DNA of 64,000 nucleotides from an uncultured Candidatus Peribacteria bacterium (GCA_964469925.1 CAYXZL010000003.1:40448-104447), one strand, 5' to 3'; numbered from the stretch's first letter, positions 36,581-48,909 are shown. Translations and numbers: made by a program. Notes: generated by a model from the letters alone, not told the origin.

Positions 36581-38794
36581 CTAGTCCAAAGCAATGGTTT
36601 TATGTGTCTTGCCAACCACAAAATCAACAAAAAGGTTAGTAATCATATAGACAACATCACCAGCGTATCCCACTCTACTACCCAGGTCGTTCAAAACATG
36701 ACCGTAGAGTTCATAAGGATAGTGAGTACTAAAGGCGTCTATGTAGTTGAGACTACGTGTTTCGTTGATCGCCGCAGTTGTGTTGGTAGTGATATGAAAA
36801 GATTTGAGTCAGACAAAGCTTGTTTTGGTTTGGTCATAGTCATAGCAGTCCTGACTGATGATAGCACCCTGAGCATCATAGTTGGTAGTACACTGTTTCT
36901 TGCCAGGCGTTGTATCCGTGAGGAGTACTGGCAGGATAAGAGTGTTGTCATCATCCATCACAAATAGTCTTGGATTGTCTAGAACAGGTGAATAGCTTCC
37001 TTCTTGTCCTAGAGTTATTGAGTCCAACTGCTCGACTCTCATACGAGTTGGATCAAGGGTTTTGATACAAGAAGCATACGCAGACCCATCGGAGGAGAGG
37101 CTACCACATAACGAGTTTGCTGTTTCTTTTTGGAGATAATTCACTTTGTAAACATCAATCTTGAGTCACGCAGTCCTTGTTCCTCACCATTGGTTGACAT
37201 CGGTATCATAGCCTAGACCCAAAAGATACTGTATACCATTATGTTCCAGTCACAATGGATGGAGGTAGTTGCTATAGCCAGGCATCTTGAGTTGACCAAT
37301 AATCTGAGGGCTTGATCTATTGCTTATATCAATCACAAATAGGGGATCGATCTGCTGAAAGGTAACCAAGTAGAGCTTGTTCCCCATAAACCTGGCACCT
37401 TGAAAGCTTTCCCCAGGCTCAATATTAGTGAGTTTTCATACAAGCTGAAGTTTTTCATTGAGGATATAGAGATTGGTTGACTGTTGTGTGTGCCAAGTCT
37501 GTGTGATAATTCTAAATGATCACTCATATTCGTCCATGCTATATTGGTTGTACAGGGGACTGCCAGCAATGAGATTGCTAGCTGTATAGGATAGTTTTTC
37601 TGACCCTCAGAGAGAAAACCCATGAATCAGTGTATGGGATTCTCCGCCCCAAAAGAGGGGCTCAGCACATAGTACGTTGGGTGGACAGCGAAAGGGCTGT
37701 GGCATATATAAGGATTGTGCCAAAAATAAGCCTTTTTCTGACATATGTATCTGGGCTGGCTGACCAAAGATCACCTGTGTATGAGTAGTATTGTGAGATA
37801 GTTGTATCGCGTTAATCGTCGTGAAGGAGGGCCATTGCCCAAATGAGCTAAGCTGGTCTTTGTTGGGAAGGAGATAACGAATGCGTTTGCAGTCAGCAGG
37901 CACTACTGTACTAGAAAGTGTGCCATTGGTGTTGGTGACAGTGATTGTCTTTGGGAGCAACTCGTTTGTACGAAGAGAAACTTTCAGGTCAGAAGCATAA
38001 CTATTGATGCCATATCGTCGGTTAAAGCTCAGATTAGTCATTACATAGAGAGTGCCATCACGTGTGTCGAGTCTAATATCGTTCTTTGCACCATCAAACT
38101 CTTGATAGGAAAGCAAGCTCAGTGACGTCGGATGAGAAATATCATAACGAACGACTGCAGTCCTATCGTTCCTTTGGAGATGACCAAGAGGAACACGATC
38201 AGAATATCTGTAGGCCACGATGATGAGCTGCTTCTCATAGAGTATCAAATCGATATTGCTCAGTGAAGAGGGAATGTTGATTTCACTGACAATATGTGCC
38301 TTATCCAGTGATATAAGAGAGTTGCTAGGATCATAGGGTGACTCAAGGATTTGTATTTTTGCTGCCTTGCTATTGTAATAGTAGAGATAGCGACCGTCTG
38401 TCTTGAGAATATCTGGCTCATCTATTCATTCCTTTTGCAGGTTTGTCTGAGAGAACCCATCACGCACAGAAGACCTCACTTCATTAGTCTGGTCTGACTC
38501 TGGGGAGACGGCTTGAGCACCGTCAAGTGCAACATCATCCAGCATTCATCATCATCTACCATAGGGCATGATAGGGTATGGCTGCTCCTTGATGTAGCCA
38601 CTCACAAAGTCTTGCAATACCTGCTGCATCTCATCACAGCTAGTGAATTCGCGAAGCTGAAGCTGGTCATAGTCAATTGTTTGGGTAGTGGGTCAGACAG
38701 CATCGAGCAACTGGTCATCCTGTACTTGTGCGAATACAGGAGACAAAAGAAGGAGGCTACTGAGGAGGCTGGCGATTCACAAAGCTCATTTCAT
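36581..38794 (-). CDS. secreted beta-propeller domain protein (Beta_propel family), 737 aa
   Basis: Signal peptide. FSQTNLQKEGIDEPDILKTDGRYLYY and GESFQGARFMGNKLYLVTFQQIDPLFVIDISNRSSPQIIGQLKMPGYSNYLHPL match this family as I remember it. Fragments 37607..38248 and 36809..37144 are in the same frame. Confidence 0.75.
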
Positions 38795-38974
38795 GAATAA
38801 TACCAAGAAAAAGACTAAAAAAACAATAATCATGTACATGTACGACTCACAGTATAAGCTGTGACAGATAAATAGCTAGACTAAGTATGCCGGGTTACTC
38901 AGATACCATTGCCTTGTGTCTGATAATTTCTACACTAAGACAAAAAGAAGCTTTATCAAATAGCAGGCAAGAAG

Positions 38975-39589
38975 ATGCAAGCAGTGGCAGCAATCACGTC
39001 TATGATAGTAGCACTATGATCTCGGTTAGTCCACTGAATCGAGTCTGTCTGGGTAGCAGGAAATGAGGTGTATCAAACACATATTTCTCCATTGCCAAAG
39101 ACGACAGAATATTCATGATCAACCAGCACACACCGTGATGAGTTGCAGATAAAAGTAGTGGCTGAACAAGAGGGAAGCATCAGTCGTGAACAATACTGTT
39201 TCGACACGGTATGTGTTGATCTAGAGATAGCAGACACACAGTCAGCTCGTAGCTATTGATTGATGTTTAGGGAAGATATGCCGGAATTGTCTGGGATGAT
39301 GTTTGTGTTTAAAGAGCCTTGAATCAATATGTTTTGGATGAAAAACACACTATTGCCGTTGGATATTTTATGGGTCGATAAATCGGGGATAGTAATCGAT
39401 ATACAAAAGGCTGACCCTTGTACCCAAGATCCATGCGATACCTATTGACCACATCAGGAGTCATTGTATGTGGTTGAGCTCAATCAAGGGATTTCGGACA
39501 AATATAGGATAGTAAGAGGATCCCATATACAGTGACCTCGTTTTAGCTATACTTCACAAAGAGAAAAAGAATGATTCGAACAACAATAG
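38975..39589 (+). CDS. DUF192 (COG1430) family protein, 204 aa
   Basis: LEIADTQSARSYGLMFRE, GMMFVF, MFWMKNTLLPLDILWVD and YVVELNQG are the DUF192 core strings. Confidence 0.7.
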
Positions 39590-40665
39590 CACTGTTTATG
39601 AGTAGCAGCACCTTCTACTATCTGTTGGCAGTAGTTGTAGTAACGATAGCGTTTCTGATAGCAAAAAAACGGTGAAAAGAAGCAATTCACAAGGCTTTAC
39701 ACAAAAAAGTTCATGAAAAACATATAGTAGCAATTATCTCGAGGGCTGCCTACCTTGGTCGGATTATCTACATATTGATGGTAGTAAATCTGGTGTGAGG
39801 AATTGATTCCATTGCACAAATCCGAGGACCAATAGTAAGGTACTCGCTCTTTGCTACCGACACCATACGTGTTACCTTGTGATCAGTGGCAAAAGGAATA
39901 ATCGTGCGGCACGTATTGTTTCAAGTACTAAAACTAGCAAGATATACCGTAAGATCGTACGTGCATTACGATGACGATATTCACACAATCGAAATACTGA
40001 TCTACAACACTGCTTTGATTATTATCGTCTTTTTTGCGATAGGAACGGTAGGGATCAATCGAAAAATCCTTATCCCCATAGCATGAGCGGTGGGTATCGG
40101 AGTAGGGTTTGGCTTACAGGATCTACTCAAAAATATTATTAGTGGTCTAACCATTATGTTTAGCAGGTCGGTCAAGGCAGGGGACCGAGTGACGGTAGAT
40201 GAGTATTATGGGAAAATTAGTGAGATAGGTCTGAGGGTATCGGTGCTGAGGACACTAGACAATATAGAGATATTGGTGCCAAACTCTATCTGGGTAAGTC
40301 AAAAACTCATCAATCGGTCATACAACGACAGCAAGGTAAGAATTTGTATCCCCGTGAGAGTGTCCTATCAGAGTGATGCGTCACTTGTCAAAAATGTGTT
40401 GTTGGAGGTGGCAGAAAGTGCTGAGCATGTACTCAAAGAACCATCACCAGACGTCATTTTTGTCTGATTTGGTGAGAGTGCTCTTCAGTTTGAGTTACGC
40501 GTTTGGATGAATGTAAAAAAATACACCATCCCACCTTTCAAAAGCGACATCAACTTTGCTATCCGACACGCGTTCAAAAAATACGGTATTCAAATACCAT
40601 TCCCACAACACGATGTGTGGTTCCGCAATAAACTATCTCTAACACCAACCAAAGAGGGTGAGTAA
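39571..40665 (+). CDS. MscS-family small-conductance mechanosensitive channel, 364 aa
   Basis: GVGFGLQDLLKNIISGLTIMFSRSVKAGDRVTVDEYYGKISEIGLRVSVLRTLDNIEILVPNS is the MscS pore-helix and beta-domain signature. Fragments 39886 and 40090 are in the same frame. Confidence 0.85.
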
Positions 40666-40725
40666 AATATTGCCATATGCAGAGGACAGCGTTATACTAG
40701 AGCATGTTTCAATTTTATTGTGCAT

Positions 40726-41859
40726 ATGGCAGGTCAAGCAAAAGAGAGATTAGAGCTACAGTCGGAAAAATTAACTGTCTCAGAAGAGTTTTTAACGTTG
40801 ATGGAGGATATTTACAGGACGGAATTTGATAAGCAGTTTGACAATGTGATGAATAGCGATAGAGTCAAACGAACAAAAATTTGCAAATGATTTGGTTTGT
40901 CAATAGAGGATGCAAGGGATATCTTGTACAACGAGTTTTTCCTTTCAATCCTCAACAATACGGTCGAGGATAAGTTCAGTAAAGAAAGTACAGGGGTGTT
41001 TGAGCTCATTGGAAGATGATTCGAAAAGGCTGTATCAGGAATAAAGGCATCAGTAATAGAGAAGCTAACAAAAAACGATGCCATGACACAGCTCATCGAG
41101 ATTATGACAATTTTTGCAAACACACAGCTAGGTACAGCCACGACAACACAACAACTACATGACTTAAAAACGAGTGCAACGAGGGAAGAATCACCGGTAT
41201 GAGCGGATAATACGAGTGATAGAGGTGGTGTAGAGCCCTGATCGGCAAACAATCCCTGAGCTGCTGTGGCAACTACGGCAGCAGTCTCAGTAAAAATGAG
41301 ACAAGCTCCTGAATCCCAAACTTTAGCTCTTCCACTGTTACAGGGTAGGCAAACGATTGCTTTTGAAACAATACAGGGGAAAGCAGACCCTTACGAAGAA
41401 AAAAATGAAATGACTTACTGTTCGCAAACAGCACAGGATAATGCGAAAAACATTTTCGGTATCGTTCTCCCTTGAGGAGATGGGACAGCAGCCAACACTG
41501 AAAGGGTAACAAGGTGATGACGTATAGCCAATAGTGCCAAATCAGGAGAATCAGTCAGTAGCTATGTATCAACCGTCGAAAACAAATCATCTAACCGTGC
41601 GTTCTTTAGGGATCCACCTCCAAACGCTGTTATTGCCGACATATTTGCCAAAAGTAGGAGAGCTGAGTGACATAGGGCACTAGCATTTATAGCAGTCGAT
41701 CCCACAACAGGGAAAACGGAGCGGTATATTCTTGATCCCTACAGAAATAAGAGATCGACGATGCCCATACCCTTGGATCGTTACAATGGAAGCATTACAA
41801 GAGCAGATTTTTACACGTCCACAAAAGTGGTAATCAAAAAACCACAGAGAAAAATATAG
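40726..41859 (+). CDS. hypothetical protein with possible C-terminal Cys-His (NlpC/P60- or CHAP-like) hydrolase module, 377 aa
   Basis: Frame of ORF 41266..41475 extended. The C-terminal half has MTYCSQTAQDNA ... EGHRALAFIAVD, a spacing reminiscent of papain-fold amidases. Tentative. Confidence 0.5.
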
Positions 41860-41914
41860 ATATCATGGAGACCCAGTGCCATCAAAATCAAAAAGCAGAC
41901 TAAGTAAACAAGAC

Positions 41915-43813
41915 CTAGGCTGTGGGAGTCGGTGCCTTTGCTGCAATAGGCGGTCTTGCACGAGTGCCACCCGTATTGTTTCGTAGAGGAACACCGTTTG
42001 TGTTTTTCATGGTATTAAGCCAGCTGATGTACTGTTCAATATTTGCAGAAAGATGTGGGTACTTTTGTTGTAAGGCTCAAGCGGACAATGCACGTTTTTT
42101 TACGCTTATTCCAGGAACCCAGTACTCAGACTTATGATCAAAATAAATTCAAGCTCCACGCCCAATAGTAGAAGTGTTATACTCAAATGCTTGTGCCACA
42201 CGACCATCGCCAGCAAACTCTTTGACAAATTTACAGGTCAAGAGACCAACTCTGACCGCTTCAGTGAGTTTGTTGCCACCATAGCTAAGCGGGAAGTCCT
42301 CAATTGTTATAGTAGTTACACGTCATTGAGCATCTTTGGTGATGTGGAAATCAATACATTGTCACCATGAATTCAGAGTGTAGATGTCGGGGTTGCTCGG
42401 GTTGATGCTAAAGGAAGCATTCCTTTCCATTCCTTGTGCAATGTGGTACTCAGTACCAGTCTTGACGATGTCATCAAGAGTCGTATTGAGTGCGGCGATC
42501 ACAGGATCCCCTTCTGGGTTATCTTGTTTTTCTTGGTTTCCCGGAGTCCATATTCCCAGACTGTTTAAGTAATTCATAAAGCGTATCCTATTGGCTTTTT
42601 CATTGAGACTAGGACAAAGTTCTTTCAGGGTAGACCGGTATCATGCACTGATAGCAAATTCTCCTTCTCACTTTCCACCTTCAACAACAGTTTTCACAAA
42701 AATATCTCCCGATAGCTCCCGATTACTCCAGTTATCTGCAATATAAAATGGTGTCGGTGATGAACATTTGCCAGCAAAACGAGCTTTGAGTGCGTTAACT
42801 AGATTAGCAGCAAAAATGAGTTCTTCGTATTTGCCAAAACCGACATCCAGTCAGGCTATCATTTTTTTATTCTTATCGATTGCAGTACGTTGATTGGTGA
42901 ATGAGCAAATACTAGTAGAAGACTCGTCAAATGTTATTGCTCATCTGTTAGCATTCAGCTCATCTTCATTGATGTGTTCCAATTGTGAGTGGGTATACAA
43001 GAGTGCATCATCAAAGTTTAACTTCTTCTCAAACATATCACCGAAAAGAGGTATTTTCTTGAGATATTTCCAACCAAGTGCTGCTGCAGCTCATCATCAC
43101 ACAAGCCATAGCCAATTTCTACGTAACCAAGACCCTTGTTTCGTACCATTATTGATGACAATATTAACATCGTCTTTATTATCGTCAGAGGAAGACGCAA
43201 CAGACGAAGATTTCTTGCTCCCTCCAAATATCCAACGTCACAGTCATACGACACCAACAAGCAATGATCAGACGATAGCTGTTTTACCGAGAGTGCTGCT
43301 ACTGGTTCGCGTTTCTGTTACTCGCTCTCTAGCAGAACCCAAAAACCCTTTTGGTGGTGGGGGGGCTGCTGGTGTGTGAATCGAAGCTTTTAGTGTAGTC
43401 AATTCCGTAGCATAGTTTTGTGATAATCTCTCTTTGAGAGCAACGTAGTCGGACCTTAGTTGATCAAGTTGTTGCTTGAGCGTAGCATCCAGTGTCATGC
43501 TGGTAAGTTGAACTAATCCAGCATCAATTTCTTTTTCTATAGCAACATAGGCTTGCAGTTTTGCATCTTTCTCTGTAATAGCTTCAGCACGTAAGCTGCC
43601 TAATTCTCTTTCAATAGTTTGAAGACTGCTGAATTTACCTTTAAGTTCTTCTATTTTTTGAGACGCCGTCATAGACATAGCGAAAGCACAGTAAGCAAAA
43701 ACTATCGTATCAATAGTAATCCCAAAGAACACAATTGTCAAAAAGCGAAGAAGAAAATGATAGGACTGCGATAGTGAACGGTTGTTCTCTTTTACTTGCA
43801 ATTCGATTTGCAA
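41915..43813 (-). CDS. membrane-anchored coiled-coil hypothetical protein, up to 632 aa
   Basis: Fragments 43268..43813 and 42362..42577 are in the same frame, and I read the gap without stops. N-terminal hydrophobic helix, then a heptad-like region. Start uncertain (TTG 43813 or ATG 43678). Confidence 0.6.
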
Positions 43814-43886
43814 AGGCTATGGTTTTGCATATACCAACAGCGAGCTATATCACAAACTAACAATTTTATTTGGGAAAGGGGAAGAA

Positions 43887-44966
43887 ATGTCAAAAAAAGA
43901 TGAAGTATTACAGGATGCGTTTAGGTCGATCGAAAAGCAATTTGGAAAAGGAGCAATCATGAGGATGGGAGACAGTAGTACAGTAGCGATGGTCAATACC
44001 TTCCATACCTGATCGTATGTGTTAGATATGATCTTGGGTGGGTGATTTCCCGAGTGAAGGGTATTAGAGATCTACGGTCCAGAGTCGTCAGGTAAAACAC
44101 TTATGGCACTACAGGCGATAGCAGAGATACAAAAAAGGTGAGAGTTGTGTGCCTTCATAGACGCTGAGCATGCACTAGATCCAAGTTTCGCGAGATTACT
44201 AGGTGTCGATACAGATAACTTGCTCTTGTCCCAACCAGACTATGGGGAACAAGCTCTCCAGATAGCACAAGAGTTAGCAAAAACAGGAGCGGTAAAACTG
44301 ATAGTCATCGATTCGGTAGCCGCCTTAGTACCAAGAGCAGAGGTGGAGGGCGATATGGGTGACAGTTTTATGGGCTTGCAAGCGAGAATGATGTCTCAGG
44401 GATTGAGAAAACTAACATCCATACTTGCTAAAACAGGAACTACCTGTATCTTCATCAATCAAATCCGTATGAAAATAGGGGTTATGTTTGGTAATCCTGA
44501 AACCACGACAGGAGGTAATGCCCTCAAGTTTTTTTCGTCACAAAGGTTAGAAGTCAGAAAGGGAGAGAAAATAACAGAAGACAAAGAAGAAGTATGATAC
44601 GCTATCAAGGTAAAAGTAGCCAAAAACAAAATAGCACCTCCATTCAAAAAAGCCGAGCTTCCTGTCCGCCGGTGACAGTGATATGATCCAATAGGTGATG
44701 TGATTGAGGCAGGCTTATTATTGGGAGCAATAGCAAGAGCATGAGCATTTTATACTATCGGTAGCGAAAAGATTCAAGGGAAAGAAAGACTCGGTGAATA
44801 TCTCCAAAAAGATCAGAAATTGCTCAATGATCTAGAAAAACATATTCAGACTAAGATCAAACAGATGAGAATGGGAGAAAAGGTTTTGAATGATGCCGCA
44901 CTAGATGATGTACAAATAGAGACAGAGGGTGATGATATGGAAATAGATGAGAGTGGCGAAGAATAG
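43887..44966 (+). CDS. recA: recombinase A, 359 aa
   Basis: GPESSGKT Walker [21 protein letters not shown] and [27 protein letters not shown]. Eight in-frame TGA fall at conserved RecA glycines by my reading. Confidence 0.95.
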
Positions 44967-45015
44967 GTAGAAGTAAAGACTAAAGGAGAGACACAAAAGG
45001 GGCCCACACGTCATA

Positions 45016-45050
45016 ACTGCTGGGTCGTTTTCGTTATAGCAGGTTTTTTT
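45016..45050 (+). terminator. probable intrinsic terminator after recA
   Basis: ACTGCT ... AGCAG(G)T stem with a 16-nt loop, followed by TTTTTT. Confidence 0.45.
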
Positions 45051-45111
45051 GCAAAAAAATCGTAATCGATATATACTATCATCGCTCTCTGTTTATTTCA
45101 TAGACGGGCAT

Positions 45112-45444
45112 ATGGGGTTTCAAAAAGCTATTGATGAGTTTACAAGCTATGAAAAAGAAAAAAAAAGAGCAACGCTCATAAGTCTGCTCACTGTTTTTCA
45201 AGGTTATGGAGAGGTGATAGAAAAATTACTCACTATCACTAAGCAAGAAAACACAACGGACGATACGATGATTGATATCTATCAGGTCGTGGTCAATGCA
45301 ATTGATGAGGTCAAAGTATCTAATTTTAGTGAAGAAATAGACAAATTGGCAAGTATCAAAAAAATAATCGAGGATATCAGAAGGCAAGAACAAGAAGAGA
45401 AAAAGAAAGAGGACCCAGAGACGCTCCTAAAAAAGATTATGTAG
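45112..45444 (+). CDS. hypothetical protein, 110 aa
   Basis: Uninterrupted ORF. Start taken at the internal MGFQKAIDEF of listed ORF 45049..45444. Helical, K/E-rich. Confidence 0.5.
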   Translation: MGFQKAIDEFTSYEKEKKRATLISLLTVFQGYGEVIEKLLTITKQENTTDDTMIDIYQVVVNAIDEVKVSNFSEEIDKLASIKKIIEDIRRQEQEEKKKEDPETLLKKIM

Positions 45445-45495
45445 ATTAGATAAATATCGTTACCTGGACTTTTTACAAATTATGTAGCAATACCA

Positions 45496-45978
45496 ATGAC
45501 TAACCCAGAACAGACAAAAAGTATCGAAAAACCAAAATCTACAGGCGTAGAAGCAGTACAACAGGCGGCTAGAGGTCTGAGACCAGAGCAAATGTTGGAG
45601 GTTTCTAAGAAAATAGACACAACAGACAATCCAGAGGCAGCGAGATTGCAGGCAATTGCCAAAAAACTATCGGATATTACCTATGTATGAACAGATGGTA
45701 TGGCAGACACGGTGACGATAAACGGCAAAAGCTATACAGTCACCAACGAAGGTGAAGGAGAAGTGGTGGTGACATCACAAGGAGATCCTGCACTAATAAT
45801 ACAAGAAAAACTAGGATCATTAGTGGTGGGCTATAAAAACAACGCGACAGATAGTAGTTTTGGACAAGTGCTATACAATAGTGAAGCAGATAATAATGAA
45901 AGTGGAGGAATATATGAGCCAACAGCGACGATACTACAAAAAATATACGATGCTATGACTACGACAGAGGGGCAATAG
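45496..45978 (+). CDS. hypothetical protein, 160 aa
   Basis: Listed ORFs 45496..45690 and 45700..45978 are in the same frame and are joined by one TGA. Confidence 0.5.
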
Positions 45979-46063
45979 GACCATAGCTCTATCGTATATC
46001 AAGAGAAAAAGAGACCGTGCAAGTAAATAGCTAAGTTATTACATTTAAAACAGAATATCAACC

Positions 46064-47284
46064 ATGCCAAATCCAGAAGAGAACAAAAAGATCGAATGAG
46101 GACCTGAGAAGTGAGAAACGGGTACTGTAGAGTGAGTGGCTCGCGATCTTACGCCTTGAGACAAGGCGAGGGTAGTAGAAGAGGTGAAGAAAAACTGAAG
46201 AGAGAGCATTCGAACAACAACTACAACTACCACAGTCGAAGAGATGAACTTTGGGCCAGATATTCAATTTCAACCATTAAATCTGGCAACACTTGATATA
46301 ACAAAATTTTCTCCCAAAGCACAAGCATCCATTGAAGCGATCAACGCAGAGCATGAAGCAGGAACAGCGGGAAAAGTGAATAGGCTAGCATACACACGTG
46401 CTCATTACCAGTTACCCTACAATCAGGTTTCTTTGGGTGCGATGAAAAGTAATGCTGAATGGCAGGCACTATGACAAGAAATGCAAAGAGTAATGACACT
46501 CACAGGTGAGGCTATAGTAGACCCAAGCAAAATACAAAATCCAGAGGAGCGGGAGGCACAACAAAAAAAGTTTGTTGCATGATTTCATATAGAGTGAGTT
46601 GCAAGCCCCAAAAACACAAGCTATGTCAGTTCAAATCCCGCCAATCCCTTCCTATGAGACTATAACCTCATGATGGCACAGGGAGAAAGCGACCCCAACA
46701 AGATTGGTCTGCAATGCAATCAAATGCTCGCCTGGGATAGGGCAGAAGTAGCCAGACAGCGACTGGTCGAGGTGGTCGGTGTCCCAGCTGAAAAGGTCTC
46801 AATAAGTAGTACAGCAGTGAGAGAGTTGCCACCTGGCGTAAATGATGCAGATATACCTTGAGTAAATATTGAGGGTGTGTATGGCAGTTTTGATCAAACG
46901 ATTACAAACATCAGCAACGTGTCAGTTGAGGAAGTGAGGTTTAATGACCAAATGGATGTCCCCATTGGCTTCACAAACCTCAAACCAGAAATGAGGGAGC
47001 AATTGAAGGATATCGTTGCACTACCAAACCTCTGATCGTTGGCAGCAATACAGGGGGAATCGCAGGTAGAGTGATATCTCACAGACGGCTATTGGATTTG
47101 GTCAGGTATCTTCCAAAACTGAAAACTGATAAAGGGAAAGATAACCCAATCTACATGATCAGGGAATGTTATCATATCGACTGTTAGAGATCCAGGGATA
47201 GATATTGCATGATTTCTGAAGACTAAGAGAGCCGAGGGTAAGTCAGGTTCACAGGTAGATAAGTTACTCAGTGCGAGTTCATAA
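46064..47284 (+). CDS. hypothetical protein with OmpA/MotB-like peptidoglycan-binding module, 406 aa
   Basis: Fragments 46244 and 46670 are in the same frame. GESDPNKIGLQCNQMLAWDRAEVARQRLVEVVGVPAEKVSISS resembles the OmpA_C core (N..LS..RA..V...L...G). Confidence 0.5.
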
Positions 47285-47321
47285 AAAATAAGCTATACGA
47301 ATCAAGGATTGGTTGTATTGA

Positions 47322-47340
47322 AACATACTTTCAGTATGTT
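47322..47340. promoter_or_regulatory. perfect 8-bp inverted repeat AACATACT-TTC-AGTATGTT in the intergenic region upstream of the GNAT gene
   Basis: Lies 38 nt after the upstream stop and 33 nt before ATG 47373. There is no T-run, so it is either an operator-like palindrome or a weak terminator. Confidence 0.3.
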
Positions 47341-47372
47341 GGACAGTATACAGTTTACACAAAGAGTAACAC

Positions 47373-47816
47373 ATGTCAATCATCTACACAACACTGACAG
47401 CGGATAATGTTGATCAATATCGAACATCATATGGGGAGACACTCAATGCTCTCGTGCCATCCAAGGACATCAGTCATGCAAGGTTCAAAAAGTTCTTAGA
47501 CAATATGTTGGCTCAAGGTAGTCATATTATCATTGCTCTTCATGACAGGCAGAAGGTTGTGTGAGCTCTAACTGTCCTGATAGAGCGGAAATTGACGAGA
47601 TGATGATGCAAGGCCGCTCACTTAGAGGAAATTGCCGTTCATCCAAATCGACAAGGACAATGAATCGGTGGCCAACTAATCAGAGAAGCCATCATTATCG
47701 CAAAAGATCAGGGTTGTTACAAAATTGTGTGAGAGACTAGTGAGGAGCTCATATCTCGATACGAGAGATCGGGTTTTGAAAGCAAGGAGCGTAGTTTCAA
47801 AATGTATTTGAAGTAA
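47373..47816 (+). CDS. GNAT-family N-acetyltransferase, 147 aa
   Basis: HLEEIAVHPNRQGQGIGGQLI is the acetyl-CoA binding motif A (Q/RxxGxG/A), with Gly written as TGA. Confidence 0.8.
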
Positions 47817-47833
47817 AATTGAAGTAAAAATGA

Positions 47834-48571
47834 TTACCCTGTAATGATTTTTTCCAAGACAAAACCAACATAATATGCAACGCCAGCAGCTAACGTACCC
47901 AAGATAAGGGTTTCTGCTATAGCCTTTCGTCTACGAGAATGTGTGACGTAACTTTTTAGTCGTCCTATAAAAACGAAAGCACAGGCCGTGAGGATCAACG
48001 AGACGAAAAAGAGTTGCGATTCATCAGTATTACTCAGATAGGACACAACATAGGTCAGCAGGGGGATAAGCCCCAAAATCACGAAAGCAACGAATGTCAT
48101 CGATCAGGTCATAAGGGGTCACTTGTCTGGTTTGCTCATTTCCAATTCCTCTTTCATCATGACATCCACCCACCTATCCTTATCGGCGGTGATAGTGTCG
48201 ATAATCTGTTCAAGCAAGTCGCCGTGAAATCATTTAGATTGGTAAATTTTTCTGATTTCCTCCCTTTCTTTGTCAGGGAGATGGTCAACCTCTCGGTACT
48301 CGGTGGCCAAGCTTTTGGTATAGGCGTCATGCTCTGACTTAGAGGACAGATAGGCTCCTACAGACATAGAAAACCCATCAGCAAAAAGGTTAGCAAATCA
48401 CAAAATAAGCACAACAGACAGGTCTAATTGTGCTCCCGTAGCACCTGCCACGACTGCAAAGGTAGTGACAACACCATCAATCCCTCCATAGACAAACTCA
48501 GGCAAATATTTAGTCCATTTCCCAAGGATATTGACTGATCAGTGGAGATGTGCTTCGTTATGAGAATGCAT
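47834..48571 (-). CDS. VIT1/CCC1-family iron/manganese transporter, 245 aa
   Basis: FVYGGIDGVVTTFAVVAG, LGFANLFADGFSMSVGAYLS and a C-terminal TM bundle. ORF 47834..48100 extended upstream across TGA to ATG 48569-48571. Confidence 0.85.
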
Positions 48572-48603
48572 GCTGCTAAGATATACAAAAAGTTAAATTA
48601 TGA

Positions 48604-48909
48604 TTATATTCAATAATGCTTTTTTAGGTCTGACTTTCGAGAGTCGGGAAGTACTGTTAGAAAATCAGTCCCATAAAGTTCTAATGCAATATCAGCAACA
48701 AGGAAAGAGAGTTCATAGAGGGGCGATGATGTATCCTGAGGAAGATCTCGTCATCATCCCACACTCGTGAGAAACTGGTCCTCTCTAGAATCTTTCGGGC
48801 TTGAGGACAATCGCAGCATCAAACGATCTCTACATCAAAAGTCTCAGGGAATATCGCTACTGAGCTGAGCAAGTCTGTCGAGATACCCTTGCTGGTTAAG
48901 GCTAGTCAT
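48604..48909 (-). CDS. hypothetical protein, 101 aa, start overlapping the giant-ORF stop (ATGACTAG)
   Basis: ATG at 48907-48909 overlaps TAG 48902-48904 of the upstream gene. Frame open with sense TGA to TAA near 48604. Composition only moderately protein-like. The alternative is a 5-prime leader of the VIT gene. Confidence 0.3.
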
